Assembly (NCBI GenBank): GCA_965235115.1
Contig: OZ249436.1
Span: 23,748,001 to 23,812,000 of the forward strand
Direction of reading: 5' to 3'
Origin: Laetmonice hystrix
Lineage: Eukaryota
Length of the DNA: 64,000 nt
Each line of letters begins with the position of its first letter. The stretch's first letter is position 1. The notes under the pieces are model-generated. The model worked only from the letters and a program-made list of their open reading frames with translations, was not told the origin of the DNA and did not search any database. Positions 25,810 through 37,839 of the stretch are shown here, in pieces. Position numbers and translations under genes: made by a program.

Positions 25810-26640
25810 ACGTCTCCCCCCAGCTGGGGGAGACGTTTTGTTTTGCACGCTGTTTCTGACCGCTCTCTCTCTTTCTTTCTTTCTTTCTTTGTTTCTTTTA
25901 TTTCCTTCTTTTTGGAATAACTCGGCCACTGTTAGAGAGAGAGTTATCAAATTTGAAATGCCCCGACAGAACCTTCTGAAAAATCTTTGTTTGTAATTAT
26001 AGTGCCATTTGACATTTGACCTCTTCCGTGGCACCAATGTGCCAACTTGTGCTGTGATCACGATAACGCGAGAAAAATAGCCTCAATCGATCCAAAATTG
26101 GTATGTCGGCCTTCTTTCATCCGGGGCTTGGACAAGTTCGAAAACCAGTTTGGTTGACCCAGAACTTTCAAGATGGCGGCTGATCTAAAAAAAATGGCAC
26201 GTGCCATTTTTTTGCCAAAGCCATAACTCGGAAAATACTGGCTGGAATAACATCAAATTTGGTCAGCAGGGTCATCTATGTGCCAAATTTAGATTTCCCG
26301 GAGGACACGTTCGTGTGACCCCAGATGACCTCTGTGTGACCTTCAACATTTTCGAAGTGGTTGGGCGCTTACTTGACGTCAGCCCAAAAACTACCGGGGC
26401 TAGAAAGTCCTAATTTGGGGAAAAGACAACTGTGGATATTTTCTCGGGATTTTGCTATTTTTAGCACTTCATGACCTTTGACCTCAGTACCGTGCCAACC
26501 TTAGAGAAGCCTTTTATATCTTCCAAACCCCTGACCCTATCTTTATGAAACTTGGTGGAGAAGAATCTCCAGGTCTTTGCCTACAACCGCTACATTAAGT
26601 GTTTTTCTCTACAGTTAATAGTTTCCGACTTAGTGGCCTC
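25810..26640 (+). mobile_element. Unrelated DINE-1/pearl-like element (different subTIR family), 3' end not located
   Basis: T-run, then hairpin acgtctcccccc-agct-gggggagacgt, (TTTC)n microsatellite, ataactcg...atcaaatttg core-like motif and tgacctttgacc motifs. Confidence 0.55.
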
Positions 26641-26947
26641 AAAGTGGACGATCCTTCCGACACACAGCGTAAACAACAGTCCGGCCAGCGGCCCGCTCCC
26701 ACGGCCTGTGGCCTGTAAAGTTCTCAGCCGTTGTCCCTGGCAACCCCCGCCAACCCCCGCCAACCCTCAGTCAGGCGTCCTTCTCAGCCGTGGTAACTTC
26801 CCGCCAAACCCCTGCATGGGCCTCCGGATATGACCTAGAAACAGCCAATCAGAAGCAGCGTCGGTGTTCCTGGCCACCTGACTGAGTTACATAACACTTT
26901 CCCGCTCCACCAACAACCACCAACTCCTTTACCACAGCCGGCACATC

Positions 26948-27002
26948 GCACACACACACACCCACACACACACACCCACACACACACACCCCCACACACG
27001 CA
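26948..27002. repeat. Imperfect (CA)n microsatellite
   Basis: Visible directly. Confidence 0.9.
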
Positions 27003-27029
27003 CCCATACCAAAAACATACATACATACC

Positions 27030-28728
27030 TTATCGTCGGTATTTTCAGGTAGCAGTAACTTGGCAATACAGCCAGATAGGCCCATAGTTACTATTGAAGA
27101 CAAATAGGAGTCATATATGGCCTTTAAAATGACACCATTTTTAATTAGGTCCCGTGACCCTACGTGACTCTATGACGTCATCGGTATTTTCAATTAGCAG
27201 TAACTTGGAAATAGAGCCAGATAGGCCCATAGTTACTATTGAAGACAGATAGGAAGTCATTATGGCCTTTAAAATGACACAATTTTTAATTAGGTCACAT
27301 GACCCTACGTGACTCTATGACGTCATCGGTATTTTCAATTAGCAATAACTTGGAAACAGAGCCACATAGGCCTATAGTTACTATTGTAGACAGATAGGAA
27401 GTCATATATGGCCTTTCAAATGACACCATTTTAATAAGGTCACGTGACCATATAGGGCTGGATGACGTCATCAGTGTTTTCAGCTTGCAGTAACTTGGAA
27501 AAAGAGCCAGATAGGTCCATACGTACTAATGAAGACCCATAGGAAGTCATATATGGCCTTTCAAATGACACCATTTTTAATTAGGTCACGTGACCCTTCG
27601 TTGCCCTATGACGTCATTGGTATTTTAAGATGGCTGTAACTTAGAAACAGAGCCAGATGGGTCCATGGTTCCTATTAAACTCATATGGAAAATCTTGTAT
27701 GAGTTTTCAATTTACGTCAATTTAAATGCTGTCACGTGACCCCATCTGGCTTAATGACCCTTTTTAGGTAATTTTCAACCAAACATCAGTGATATCTCGA
27801 AAACGGTTAAAGATATCAATGTCTGGTTTTCACCTTTGGGTTTAGGATGAAAAACTTTGAAAAATCCAAGATGGCGGCCAAGTTGACCTAATTTCCATTT
27901 TCAGCACCATTGGATTGGGTAATAGGTCCACTATCTCTGACACCGAGATGGCTCCCCTAAATTCGATAGTTTCCATCTTATGGCCCCTCAAAGTTGGCCC
28001 TTTTAGGTTATTTTCAATTAAACATCACTGATACCTCGAAAACGGTTAAAGATATCAATGTCTGGTTTTCACCATTGGGTTTAGGATGAAAACCTTGACC
28101 CATTTTCCCTGAATTTGAGAAATCCAAGATGGCGGCCAAGTTGACCTAATTTCCGATTTTAACACCATTGGATTGGGTAATAGTCAGCTGTCTCTGACAC
28201 CGAGATGGCTCCCCTAAAATCAATAGTTTCCAAGTTATGGCTCTTCAAAGTTGGCCCTTTCAGGTCATTTTCAACCAAAAATCAGTGATATCTCTAAAAC
28301 GGTTAAAGATATCAACGTCTGGTTTTCACCATTGGGATTAGGATGGAAAACTTGACCCATTTGAACTGAATTTGAAAAATCCAAGATGGCGGCCAAGTTG
28401 ACCTAATTTCCGATTTTAACACCATTGGATTGGGTGTTAGGTCAGCTGTCACTGACACCGAGATGGCTCCCCTAAAATCAATAGTTTCCAAGTTATGGCT
28501 CTTCAAAGTTGGCCCTTTCAGGTCATTTTCAACCAAAAATCAGTGATATCTCTAAAACGGTTAAAGATATCAACGTCTGGTTTTCACCATTGGGGTTAGG
28601 ATGGAAAACTTGACCCATTTGAACTGAATTTGAAAAATCCAAGATGGCGGCCAAGTTGACCTAATTTCCGATTTTAACACCATTGACTGGTGAATGGGAT
28701 ACCTGTGCCCTGGGCACCTCGCAACTAG
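27030..28728 (+). mobile_element. 5'-truncated HINE with 146-bp and 258-bp arrays
   Basis: Reverse complement of the 39649 and 47383 element bodies; tail gtgaatgggat-acctgtgccctgggcacc-tcgcaaCTAG. Confidence 0.8.
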
Positions 28729-29567
28729 TTATATCTTTTCTTTCGCATAGAAAATCTGCCATAGCATTGCCTTTGCAACACACTACTTTCATACTAATTA
28801 GTCCTCTCTCAAAAATTATATGATGTCATGGTCATATGTCACTATTTCTCTTTACATTGAGTGACCTTGTCAGGTGAATAAATTAAAGGTCAGGGACATT
28901 TTCGACGATTCAACACTTCAAGATAACCACTTACTACAAATGATGGATTTAGACATATGAAGTTTTTTTGTGACTCACAGATGTACGCACATGGACTCTA
29001 TCTCAAAAATATAAAGTATGCATAGTTCCTAGACCCACAGATAATTCGTACCTGCCCAGTTGGGGGCTGTGACTCAGATCGGGGGAGGGGGGGGGGTCGA
29101 CATTTTTAAGGTATTTAGGTTTATCCCCCAAGGAATTCTGTCAGCTCCCCTACTAACAATACCTGGCTACGGAGCTGGACCTGAGCCATGCCCACATTGC
29201 GTCAAGTCGCAACAGATGGACACAAACCTGGCCAAAATTCACGTTTTTGCTTGATGAAGAAATTCAAAGTTGGAGGCTAACTGTATGTGGCAGATTGTCA
29301 AAACAGTGGTTTTAAAAAAATCGCTTGAATTTAGAAAACGATCAATTTACAGACACTGTCTGAAAAATGAAAAGTCAATATTGAGACAACATTTCTAGTA
29401 TGGGGAGGAAAAAGTTGGAAAAATAAAAAGAAAGTTGATTTTATCAAGAAGATAATCAAAATGGGGGGACCTGAAAATAAAAGGGAAGGTAGATTTGACA
29501 CTGTCCAGCACTTCCGTACAAACGTATTCATTGTGTATTCAAACTTGTTTTACTTCCTCTGTTACAG

Positions 29568-30164
29568 GGGCCTGCTTACAGAAGATTGATCTGGTGTTTG
29601 TCCTGGACAGCTCCGGATCCATCCGAGAGAGTGGTGCCAACAACTGGGGCCGCGTACTCCAATTTGTTATCGATGTTGTGAATTCATTAGTAATAGGACC
29701 AGATGATGCTCGGATTGGAATAGTCGTGTTTTCAGATGAAGCTGAAAATGAATTCTTCCTGAATGAGACACTCATCAGCTCGCGAGACCAACTTCTTCGT
29801 AAAATAGCACAACTGAGGTTCCGTGATGGACGCACGGATACGGCATATGGCCTAGTGCGAATGCACAGTGAGCAATTTCGGATTGTCAATGGCGACCGTC
29901 CTGATGCGCCCAATGTTGCCATCGTCATTACGGATGGAGGATCAAATGACAACAAGACACGAACGATTCCAGAGGCAGAGTTTGCCCGCAGGATGGGGGC
30001 AACCATGTTCTCAGTGGGAATAACAGATTTTGTCAATACAACTGAATTGACATTTATTTCTTCACCGCCACAAGTAGAGGGCAACAACTGGTTCCGATCT
30101 CCAGATTTCTTCTCTCTACCCACATTGCTGGAACCAATTACCAGACAAGTTTGCAATTTTGATC
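29568..30164 (+). CDS. Internal coding exon encoding one complete VWA domain (collagen VI/XII/matrilin-like tandem-VWA extracellular protein)
   Basis: Acceptor ttcctctgttacAG ends at 29567; donor GTAAGT starts at 30165; 597 bp, phase 1-1. Translation CLQKIDLVFVLDSSGSI...GRTDT...AIVITDG...QVC has an intact MIDAS (DxSxS, T, D) and flanking Cys. Confidence 0.93.
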
Positions 30165-30305
30165 GTAAGTCCACTTTCATACTATAAATGCGCTCTCCAT
30201 ATCAATCTTCGTCGTGTAGCCTATGGGTCAACAGGCTTACAAAAATGTCTGTATGTATTTTAGGGAAATGGGATCAATGATTGCAGGCAATCATGCTGAC
30301 TAGTT

Positions 30306-32141
30306 ATCCCATTTCCCTTACGGGGAAATGGGATGTTGTTCTTGTGTGCGTTCGTCTTCTCTCTTCTTTTTTTTTTTTTTTTTTATTATTATCGTCGTAG
30401 ATAGACAATGGCAGTTTCTCAGTCAGTTTTCAAGGTATCTGGATGAAACTTGCACGGTAGGTTGGTCATGCCATGACTACCTCTCCATATCAAGCAGTAC
30501 GTCATGAGCCGTCATGCTTCCGAGTTATGACGTTTTATACACGTCAAAAAGCACTTCACATTGTCAACTGTCGAGACCCAAGAAATAGCAATAGGGTAAT
30601 TATCTCTCTGATACTGGAAAAGGAATGGTTCCTTAATACTTTTTTATCAAAATTTGGCTGATGACCTGTGCCCTTTTTAAGGACTGGGTCACAGGTCACT
30701 TCTCACATAAATCTACGATTTTGAAGTAGGTTTCTTTAAATGAGGACCAAATTGCACAGAATGATTGCCCGTAGATATGCGCAGAAGTTGTAGCATGGAT
30801 TTAGTGATATGACGTATATTGGCGGAGTCACGTGACATCAAAATTTGATTCTGTGGCCAGTTTCTCAGACATCGGTCATATCTCTGGCAGTTTTCAACAG
30901 ATCTTAATGAAAATTGTTGTGCTTAACGAGGGTAGGATGATAAGCCAAATTTATGACAATTTTCTCCTGTGACGTCACTTTTTCGCGTCATGACGTCATT
31001 CACCCATTCTAGATAGGACCTTCGTACTTTTTGGTCTGTGTGTCTCAATAGCTGAGTGGGTAACATACCCGACCGAAAAGCTGTCGATCACGGGTTCGAA
31101 TCCCAATAAAGTATGGAATTTTTATTTGATTTTTTCCGTATTCTTAACGTCAAAATGCAAATTTTCTAATTTAGAAAAAAAGTATTGAGCTATATTATCT
31201 TTTTCAATTTAATGGTCAGTCATATAACCTAAAAGTTGGGTTCTATGGCCATTATACCAGAAATCAATCATATCTCTTGCAGTTTTCAACAGATCTGTAT
31301 GCAACTAGTTGGGCTTAAAGCAGGTGGGATGTTAAGCCAAATTTATGACAATTTTCTCCTGTGACGTCACTGTTATGTGTTGCGACTTCATCCATCTATT
31401 TTAGATAAGATCTTAGTACAGCATCAGTTATGAGTCTCAATGGCTGTATGTGTAACATACCATCCGTCAAACAGGCTGAAGATCATGGGTTCGAATCCCA
31501 CTATGAAAAATTATTTTTTATCAAATACTTTTTGTATTATAAATGGCCAAATGTAAATTTTCATTTTTAGTAAAACTATTGAGCTATATTTTTTTTCAAC
31601 TTGATGGTCAATCATAGGACCTAAAAGAGGGGCTCTGTGGCCCTTTCACCAGAAATCAATCATATCTCTTGCGGTTTTCAACAGATCTTTATGAAACTAG
31701 TTGTGCTTTTAAAGCAGGGGGATGTTGACCCAAATTTTAGCACACAATATTATTGAACCAGAAATTATTGTGAGAAAACCAACCCCACAGCTGAACGCTG
31801 ACTCAGGGAAAATACTCCTTTCAATGAGTTCCCATGTACACTGTGGGGTTCAGCCCAATTTGGTTTAAATTTGTTGATATAATTTACGTGACCTAGAATT
31901 TTCACTATATCTGAACACACAACTGAATGCAAGTAAAATATGTGGGATGGTTCCTTAATACTTTTTTACCGAAATCTATGATTTTGAAGTAGATCTCTTC
32001 CAATTAGCCTGGTCAAATTTGACATAATGCCTCTCTATATCAATCTTCGTCGTGTAGCCTATGGGTCAACAGGCTTACAAAAATGTCTGTATGTATTTTA
32101 GGGAAATGGGATCAATGATTGCAGGCAATCATGCTGACTAG
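30306..32141 (+). mobile_element. Complete HINE element in the VWA intron, with two tRNA-like cassettes
   Basis: Head atcccatttcccttacggggaaatgggat after TT; tail gggaaatgggat-caatgattgcaggcaatcat-gctgaCTAG then TT. Flanked by a tail (30188-30303) and a headless body (32142-32560) of the same family. Confidence 0.85.
31042..31113 (+). other. tRNA-derived Pol III-like cassette (not a functional tRNA)
   Basis: A-box-like TAGCTGAGTGG, B-box GGTTCGAATCCC, then oligo-T; acceptor stem does not pair. Second copy at ~31433-31500. Confidence 0.6.
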
Positions 32142-32659
32142 TTTTTATTATTATTATCGTCGTAGTTAGACAATGGCCTTTTCTCAGTCAGTTTTCAAGG
32201 TATCTGGATGAAACTTGCATGGTAGGTTGGCCATGTCATGACTACCTCTCCATATCAAGAAGTACGTCCTGGGCCGTCATGCTTCCGAGTTATGACGTGT
32301 TATACACGTCAAAAAACACTTCACATTTTCAACTGTCAAGACCAAACAAATAGCAATAGGGCAATTATCTCTCAGATACTGGAAAAGGAATAGTTCCTTA
32401 ATACTTTTTTATCAAAATTTAGCTGATGACCTTTGCCCTCCTTAAGGACTGGGTCACAGGTCACATCTCACATAAATCTACAATTTTGAAGTAGCTTTCT
32501 TTAACTGAGCACCAAATTGCACAGAATGATGGCTCGTAGATATCCGCAGAAGTTGTAGCCTCCCACCGTCGCCTCCCCAAACTACTTAGAGTATCGTCTA
32601 CATATTTTATAGGCCCGAAGCTTAACATGTTAGCAAGCTATACTCCTAAAATTTCATAA

Positions 32660-33027
32660 AATAATACGGAAGATGAAACTACACAATTTCAAAATCCCAT
32701 CCCCTTGATGGGGGATGGGATAATAATAATAGTGTACACGAAACCATACAACTTCAAGATCCCATTTCCACTCTGTGGAAATGGGATAATAAAAAGGAAG
32801 ATGAAACCATACAATTTCTAGGTGAATGGGATAATAATAATAATAGGGAAGACGAAACCAGACAATTTCAAGATCCCATCCCCTGACGGGGGATAGGATA
32901 ATAATAGGGAAGACGAAACCACGCAATTTCTAGATCCCATCCCCTGGATAGGGGATGGGATAATAATAGGGAAGACGAAACCACACAATTTCTAGATCCC
33001 ATCCCCTGGATAGGGGATGGGATAATA
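32660..33027 (-). repeat. Stack of 6 orphan HINE 5' heads
   Basis: Six ~60-bp head units of about five types ending ~55 bp before the exon acceptor; no corresponding - strand bodies in this intron. Confidence 0.85.
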
Positions 33028-33082
33028 AAATTGCAATAATTACCAACAAGAAAAAATTATGATATCTTGTTTCTTCCTGCAG

Positions 33083-33306
33083 CGTGTGATGAGACGGTTG
33101 ATCTGGCCATCCTTCTCGATGTTTCCAACTCCATGTTTACTAATTTCGACACGACACAAGCTTTCCTGAGAGACGTTCTCAGTCAGTATGACATCGGGCC
33201 ATCAGATACAAGGGTCTCCATTGTGACCTTCTCAAGCACAGCCACGGTTCAAATCTCACGGGGCACGGACCGCCGGATCGTCACTAACCGCCTGAACAGT
33301 CTTCTG
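33083..33306 (+). CDS. Coding exon, N-terminal half of a second VWA domain
   Basis: Acceptor ttcttcctgcAG ends at 33082; donor GTGAGC starts at 33307. The phase 1 start joins in frame to the previous exon. CDETVDLAILLDVSNSM...IGPSDTRVSIVTFS is typical VWA. Confidence 0.9.
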
Positions 33307-34240
33307 GTGAGCATAGCGACACGCCATATTTGCAGCTTTGTTCTCTATCCCTTAAATCCCCTTAAAAGCCGCTTATTGTTAACATTTCGTTTCACAGTTC
33401 CATTTTCCCACAACAATTTTCTTTTTAAATATCAAGTAGATTTGAAAACGAATGGTCGTTTTAGCTTATATTTGCCTGAAATGTAAACTTTGTCCCATTC
33501 CTTCTTGTGCAAAAATTCTATAAGATGACATCTGTAGATCTATAGTTATATGATCTAGTGTTAAATTCCAAGGGGTTACATTCCAGCTTTGAACATTTGA
33601 TACATGGTTGTCAAGGAGTATGTTGCCCCTTTGCATATAGCTTTTTGAATAGTCAGTTGTTATTTTGCTTAACAAGATACATGCATATCAAGTTGGATTT
33701 TGATATGCCATGTCACAGCAATTTAAAGGATGAGGTCAGTGAAAATGGTGCCAGGAAATACTACAACTGAACATTCACGACTGACCTTTAATAATACTTG
33801 TGTGAATATAAGCTATTGAAAAGATATATTACCTTGACTGGCCTTTCATGGTCAGTGGATAGTAACTATGTTGTTATCGTGAATCGTATGACATTCTATC
33901 CATCATCAATAGTAAATAGGCCTATATATGGCCATCTTTGATCTGATAGATTGGCATGGATGACCGTAATTGCCCTTTCAGGGTTACTTGGGGTAAAAGA
34001 ATATACTACCAAATAAAACCTCATCTGTGGCTTCCTTGTAATGAATAAGTACCAATGTGGTTATCTGATACAGATTTGGTGATATAAGCTATTCAAACTA
34101 TACATAAGCTTGACTGACCTTTGAATGTCGTGAAAGTTTTGATACGGTTGCTTAAAGGGCTGATTGTCTGTAACATTGGAAAACATCAGGCATATAAGTA
34201 AGTCTCCAGTAGACGGACAAGTTTTTTTTATCACTTTCAG

Positions 34241-34568
34241 GTTGAAGGGGGCCAGGCTGGATTTGCGCAGGCTCTCAGGGTGACGCGTGAGAGAATCTTT
34301 GATTTTGATGACCGTCCCCAGTTTGCCAACATCATCATTTTGGTGACAGCCAGCCGTGACGTGCTGGCCCCAGCTATCATTGACGAGGAGGCCCGTCGAA
34401 TCCAGCAGCAGGGCGTCACCACTGTGGTAGTTGGTATCGGGTCACAGGTGGACCGCACTCAGCTGAGGGAGATTGCCACCTTCGACAGCTTCATCTTTCT
34501 CTCACCAACCATTAGCCAGCTCCGCGATCTCAATGCTGCAGTTGGCAGGGCTGCCTGCCTTGCACCGC
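34241..34568 (+). CDS. Coding exon, C-terminal half of the second VWA domain
   Basis: Acceptor tttatcactttcAG ends at 34240; donor GTAAGT starts at 34569; phase 0 to phase 1. VEGGQAGFAQALRVTRERIF..DRPQFANIIILVT...VVVGIG...LREIA...AAC completes the domain in frame. Confidence 0.9.
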
Positions 34569-34621
34569 GTAAGTATATAGCATAACATTTCCAGTTTGAG
34601 TTTCCAGCGTACCTATAACGC

Positions 34622-36817
34622 GGGCCATTCCACGTCAAATCGTCAAATTTTCAGAAAAATCCCCGGGTGACCCCCTTAGAATTCAACCATTTTTGTGCAT
34701 ACAGGTACTACCACATATACTATGAACCCCTGCAAAATATTAGATTAAAATATCCAATAGTTTTGAAGATAGGCCCCTTTAAACATGTCTGGGGGGTGCG
34801 AATTTCGCGAGCTTTTTTTCGCGTGTTATTTTTCATGTCATGTTCAAGTCCCTATAACTTTTGATCCAGAAGAAGTAGAGCTCTGAAATTTTCAGGATTG
34901 GTTCATCTCACAGGCTGCTATCAGGAGACATCGACAGATCCTTTTTATATTAATTGACATGTGGTACAGATCAAGTTAGAAATCATGATTTCATCAACAC
35001 GAATATTTGCGAACCAACATTTGGCCACGAGCTAGACAAAAACAAACTGCTTAAATCCCTTGAAACTCTGTGTACAACATCTCTAGCATCCTGTCTATCA
35101 GTGTGTATAATATGAACTCTCTGTTGATTACAACTTCTAAGATATGTGCATCCCAATCCGTAACAAATGGAAATATAGTACAGTTTCAAGCACATTTTTC
35201 AAAAGGAGGGATAGGTCGCACAGTTAAGTATTATATGTCAAATGAAAGAGTGAAATTTTCTCTTTCATTTGATATCAAGCACATCTTGCTTCCAAGAATA
35301 GATAATTACATAGATAATTATTTAAGAGCCAGAGTCTGTAACTATGAGCCAGGCGGTGATACATCATGTTCCAGTAGGCCACTGAAGATTTTTGTGTGCG
35401 GCTTTTTGCCTCATTCCACTTGTTCCTCGTCACACTCCACTTCATCAAGAAAGACAAAGGTGAGTTCTCTAATGCTCCAATATGTGGCTTAGCTGGCAGG
35501 TGGCAGCACTGCACTGACCACATTTTTTGACGGCATGTTCAGAGTGATCTGGTGTGAATGTTGAGTAATAGGGTCTCAAAGTTTGAGTAAACTAACACAA
35601 AAGGACATAAAACCAGGCCAAAAGCTGTGCCCGAGGTGTGCATCAATGTTGGGAAGCTGTGATAATATTCAATATTATCTGTTTGTATTACCGTATAATA
35701 TGTCGCGAATAGTGAAAATCCCTCTTTTTGAAATGTCAGTTAGTTACAGAAGACTTCATGGAAGCAAGATGTGCTTAATATCAAAGGAAAGAGTAAATTT
35801 CACTCTTCCATTTCAGATATAATACTTAAAGAGGGGGGTCATCATAATTTTAAGTTGTTTCCATTAAATATCATTGAAATAGAATAGTTTCGAGCCCAAT
35901 TCCTGAATATAAGTGCCGGTTTACAAAGAAAACATATTTTATAGGGACACTCTAAGTGGCATTCCTCACCCCTTTCCCAAACGGCCCGATCTAGGTCCAT
36001 TAACACTGCATATCATTATATGAGTCACAAACTTGTAATGGGATGACCCAGATCAACCCAAGCCATGCCACGCGCTACCAGCCTATGACAACCATGATAG
36101 CGCAGTGAAGACACCGGCTTACATGCCCACAAGATTGTCAAGAGAAAATGGTGAAGCTAGTTGTCTTAAGTAGGCCTATTGTAGCCAGTCATGTCCAGAT
36201 GGAGTGTCTCTTTTCTCTATACCAAAAGAGGAAACCCTGAAAAGAAAGTGGATGAACTTATAACAGCTCAAGAAGGGGTGGTTCTAGGCTATGTGTGGAG
36301 CACTTGACCACTTCGGAGATGCCCATCTCTGTGGCTCATACATCCACCCCAAAACCTCTTGTTCTGCTCCAACATCCTCCTCCTCATCTATCCCACTTCC
36401 AGAATCGTAGAAATTTTCCATCTCATAACTGGATTCATCATTAGAAAAGGAGTTATCTGAATCTGAAGATGCCATGACCCTATCTTATTGCTGCTCCAGG
36501 CTCTGTTTACAATTTTGTGACGTCACCCACCACAGTGGAGCACTCAGTGGTGCCGAACAGAGCGTTTTCAGCACGGGGATGATGTTACCCACTCCCGTCA
36601 CTCACAGCGCGGTTGGTAACGGCGTATATATTGGGGGATCTGTAGAAGATGTTTTTTGTGAAATATATTCCAACTTACAAGTAAATTGGCATGATTATGA
36701 CCCCCCCCCCCTCTTTAACTGTACGACGTATCCCTCCTTTGGAAAAATGTACTTGAAACTGCATTATAATTCCATTTTTTACGAATTGGGATGCCCATAT
36801 CTCAGAAGTTATAATCA
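34622..36817. mobile_element. Long-inverted-repeat DNA transposon remnant (tentatively Sola2-like), interrupted by later insertions
   Basis: Starts GGGCCATTCCACGTCAAATC; 35125-35294 is inverted at 35759-35829 plus 36719-36817; internal peptide IKPGQKLCPRC. Family assignment is from memory of motifs. Confidence 0.5.
35830..36714. mobile_element. Kolobok non-autonomous deletion derivative
   Basis: TTAA TSD (35826-35829, 36715-36718), AGAGGGGGGTCAT/ATGACCCC..CTCT ends, + strand THAP remnant YCSQSCPDGVSLFSIPKEETLKRKW...CGAH, and convergent acidic ORF ending GWMYEP (36284-36475, -). Confidence 0.85.
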
Positions 36818-36820
36818 CCT

Positions 36821-37471
36821 GGGGCCTGTTGCATAAACAACAAAGATCAGATTTTTCATGAACAACGACAGTAGCCGTTGCATAAAAAATCGTTCTTGTT
36901 CTACGACGTGTCGTAAGTTACGATACCCCGAAATCCTCCAGAATCTGTTGCATAAACTTTTCGTTGTTCTGACGATGTCGTTCAAGGTGTCTTTATTCCC
37001 TTTTCACTGTCGCAAATTACGAACACCAAAAAGGTGTTCGTTAAATCCACCGAAAGTCTAAAATCTTTTTGGGTGGATGGAAAACAGTAATGGAACGTCA
37101 TGGGAGAAGACGACGGTTCTTTTCACATATAGATCCCGTCACATATACTTCGACTCGGAGCAGTTTATCTGTCGATATCGCTTAGATAAGCAGTGGGTGG
37201 TTCAGCTCAGCCTGACCTTTGCAGTCCGGCTTCTGCTCTACCGCAGGAGACCGACGCGGAGGGGGGCTCACCGCACAACAACGGGTATAAATATCATTTG
37301 TTTACATTTCAAAATGAGAAAATTAAGTAAAGACTTAAAATGAATCAAAGTAAAGACTCTACCTTTATAGAGGAATATAATTTAATGCCAGCATATGCCC
37401 GAAATCCTCCAGAATCTGTTGCATAAACTTTTCGTTGTTCTGACGATGTCGTTTAAGGTGTCTTTATTCCC
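36821..37471 (+). mobile_element. Left end of a PIF/Harbinger element with a transposase fragment
   Basis: GGGGCCTGTTGCATAAAC terminus related to the 18864 element; peptide FDSEQFICRYRLDKQWVVQL; ~75-bp duplication (36927-37001 / 37398-37471). Confidence 0.65.
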
Positions 37472-37839
37472 TACCTGTTGTATAATTTGTATGCCTAAAA
37501 TAGTAGGCCTAACCTATATTTTTCACTTCAACTTAGATATTTTTTAACACTACACTAGTTAGTATCGGATAAGTGTGGCCTATACATGGACCTTTGGGTC
37601 CAGGGGGGGGGGTCTAAACCCCCCCCCCCTCCCCAGCCAGCCCCGGTTACGGGCCTGAGTACTAGTTTTAGAAGAAAAGAATGTGGGGTCACCCATCAAT
37701 TTTAAAGGTTACAGCCTGGTAAAAATCCAGCGTCTTGCTGAACATGGTGATGTGGTAACAACGCGCGGCACTGGGTGGCACTTTGCACACTCCCAATTTC
37801 CCTTAAACGCGCGTAGTCAGAGGTTGCAGTACGTGTATA

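Noticed and set aside
29539..30180. 213-aa - strand ORF
   Set aside because: Antisense shadow of the VWA exon; no recognisable motifs.
30188..32560. Simple inversion explaining the orphan heads at 32660-33027
   Set aside because: The orphan heads do not match the head sequence of the inverted family (30306-30360), so one inversion is insufficient.
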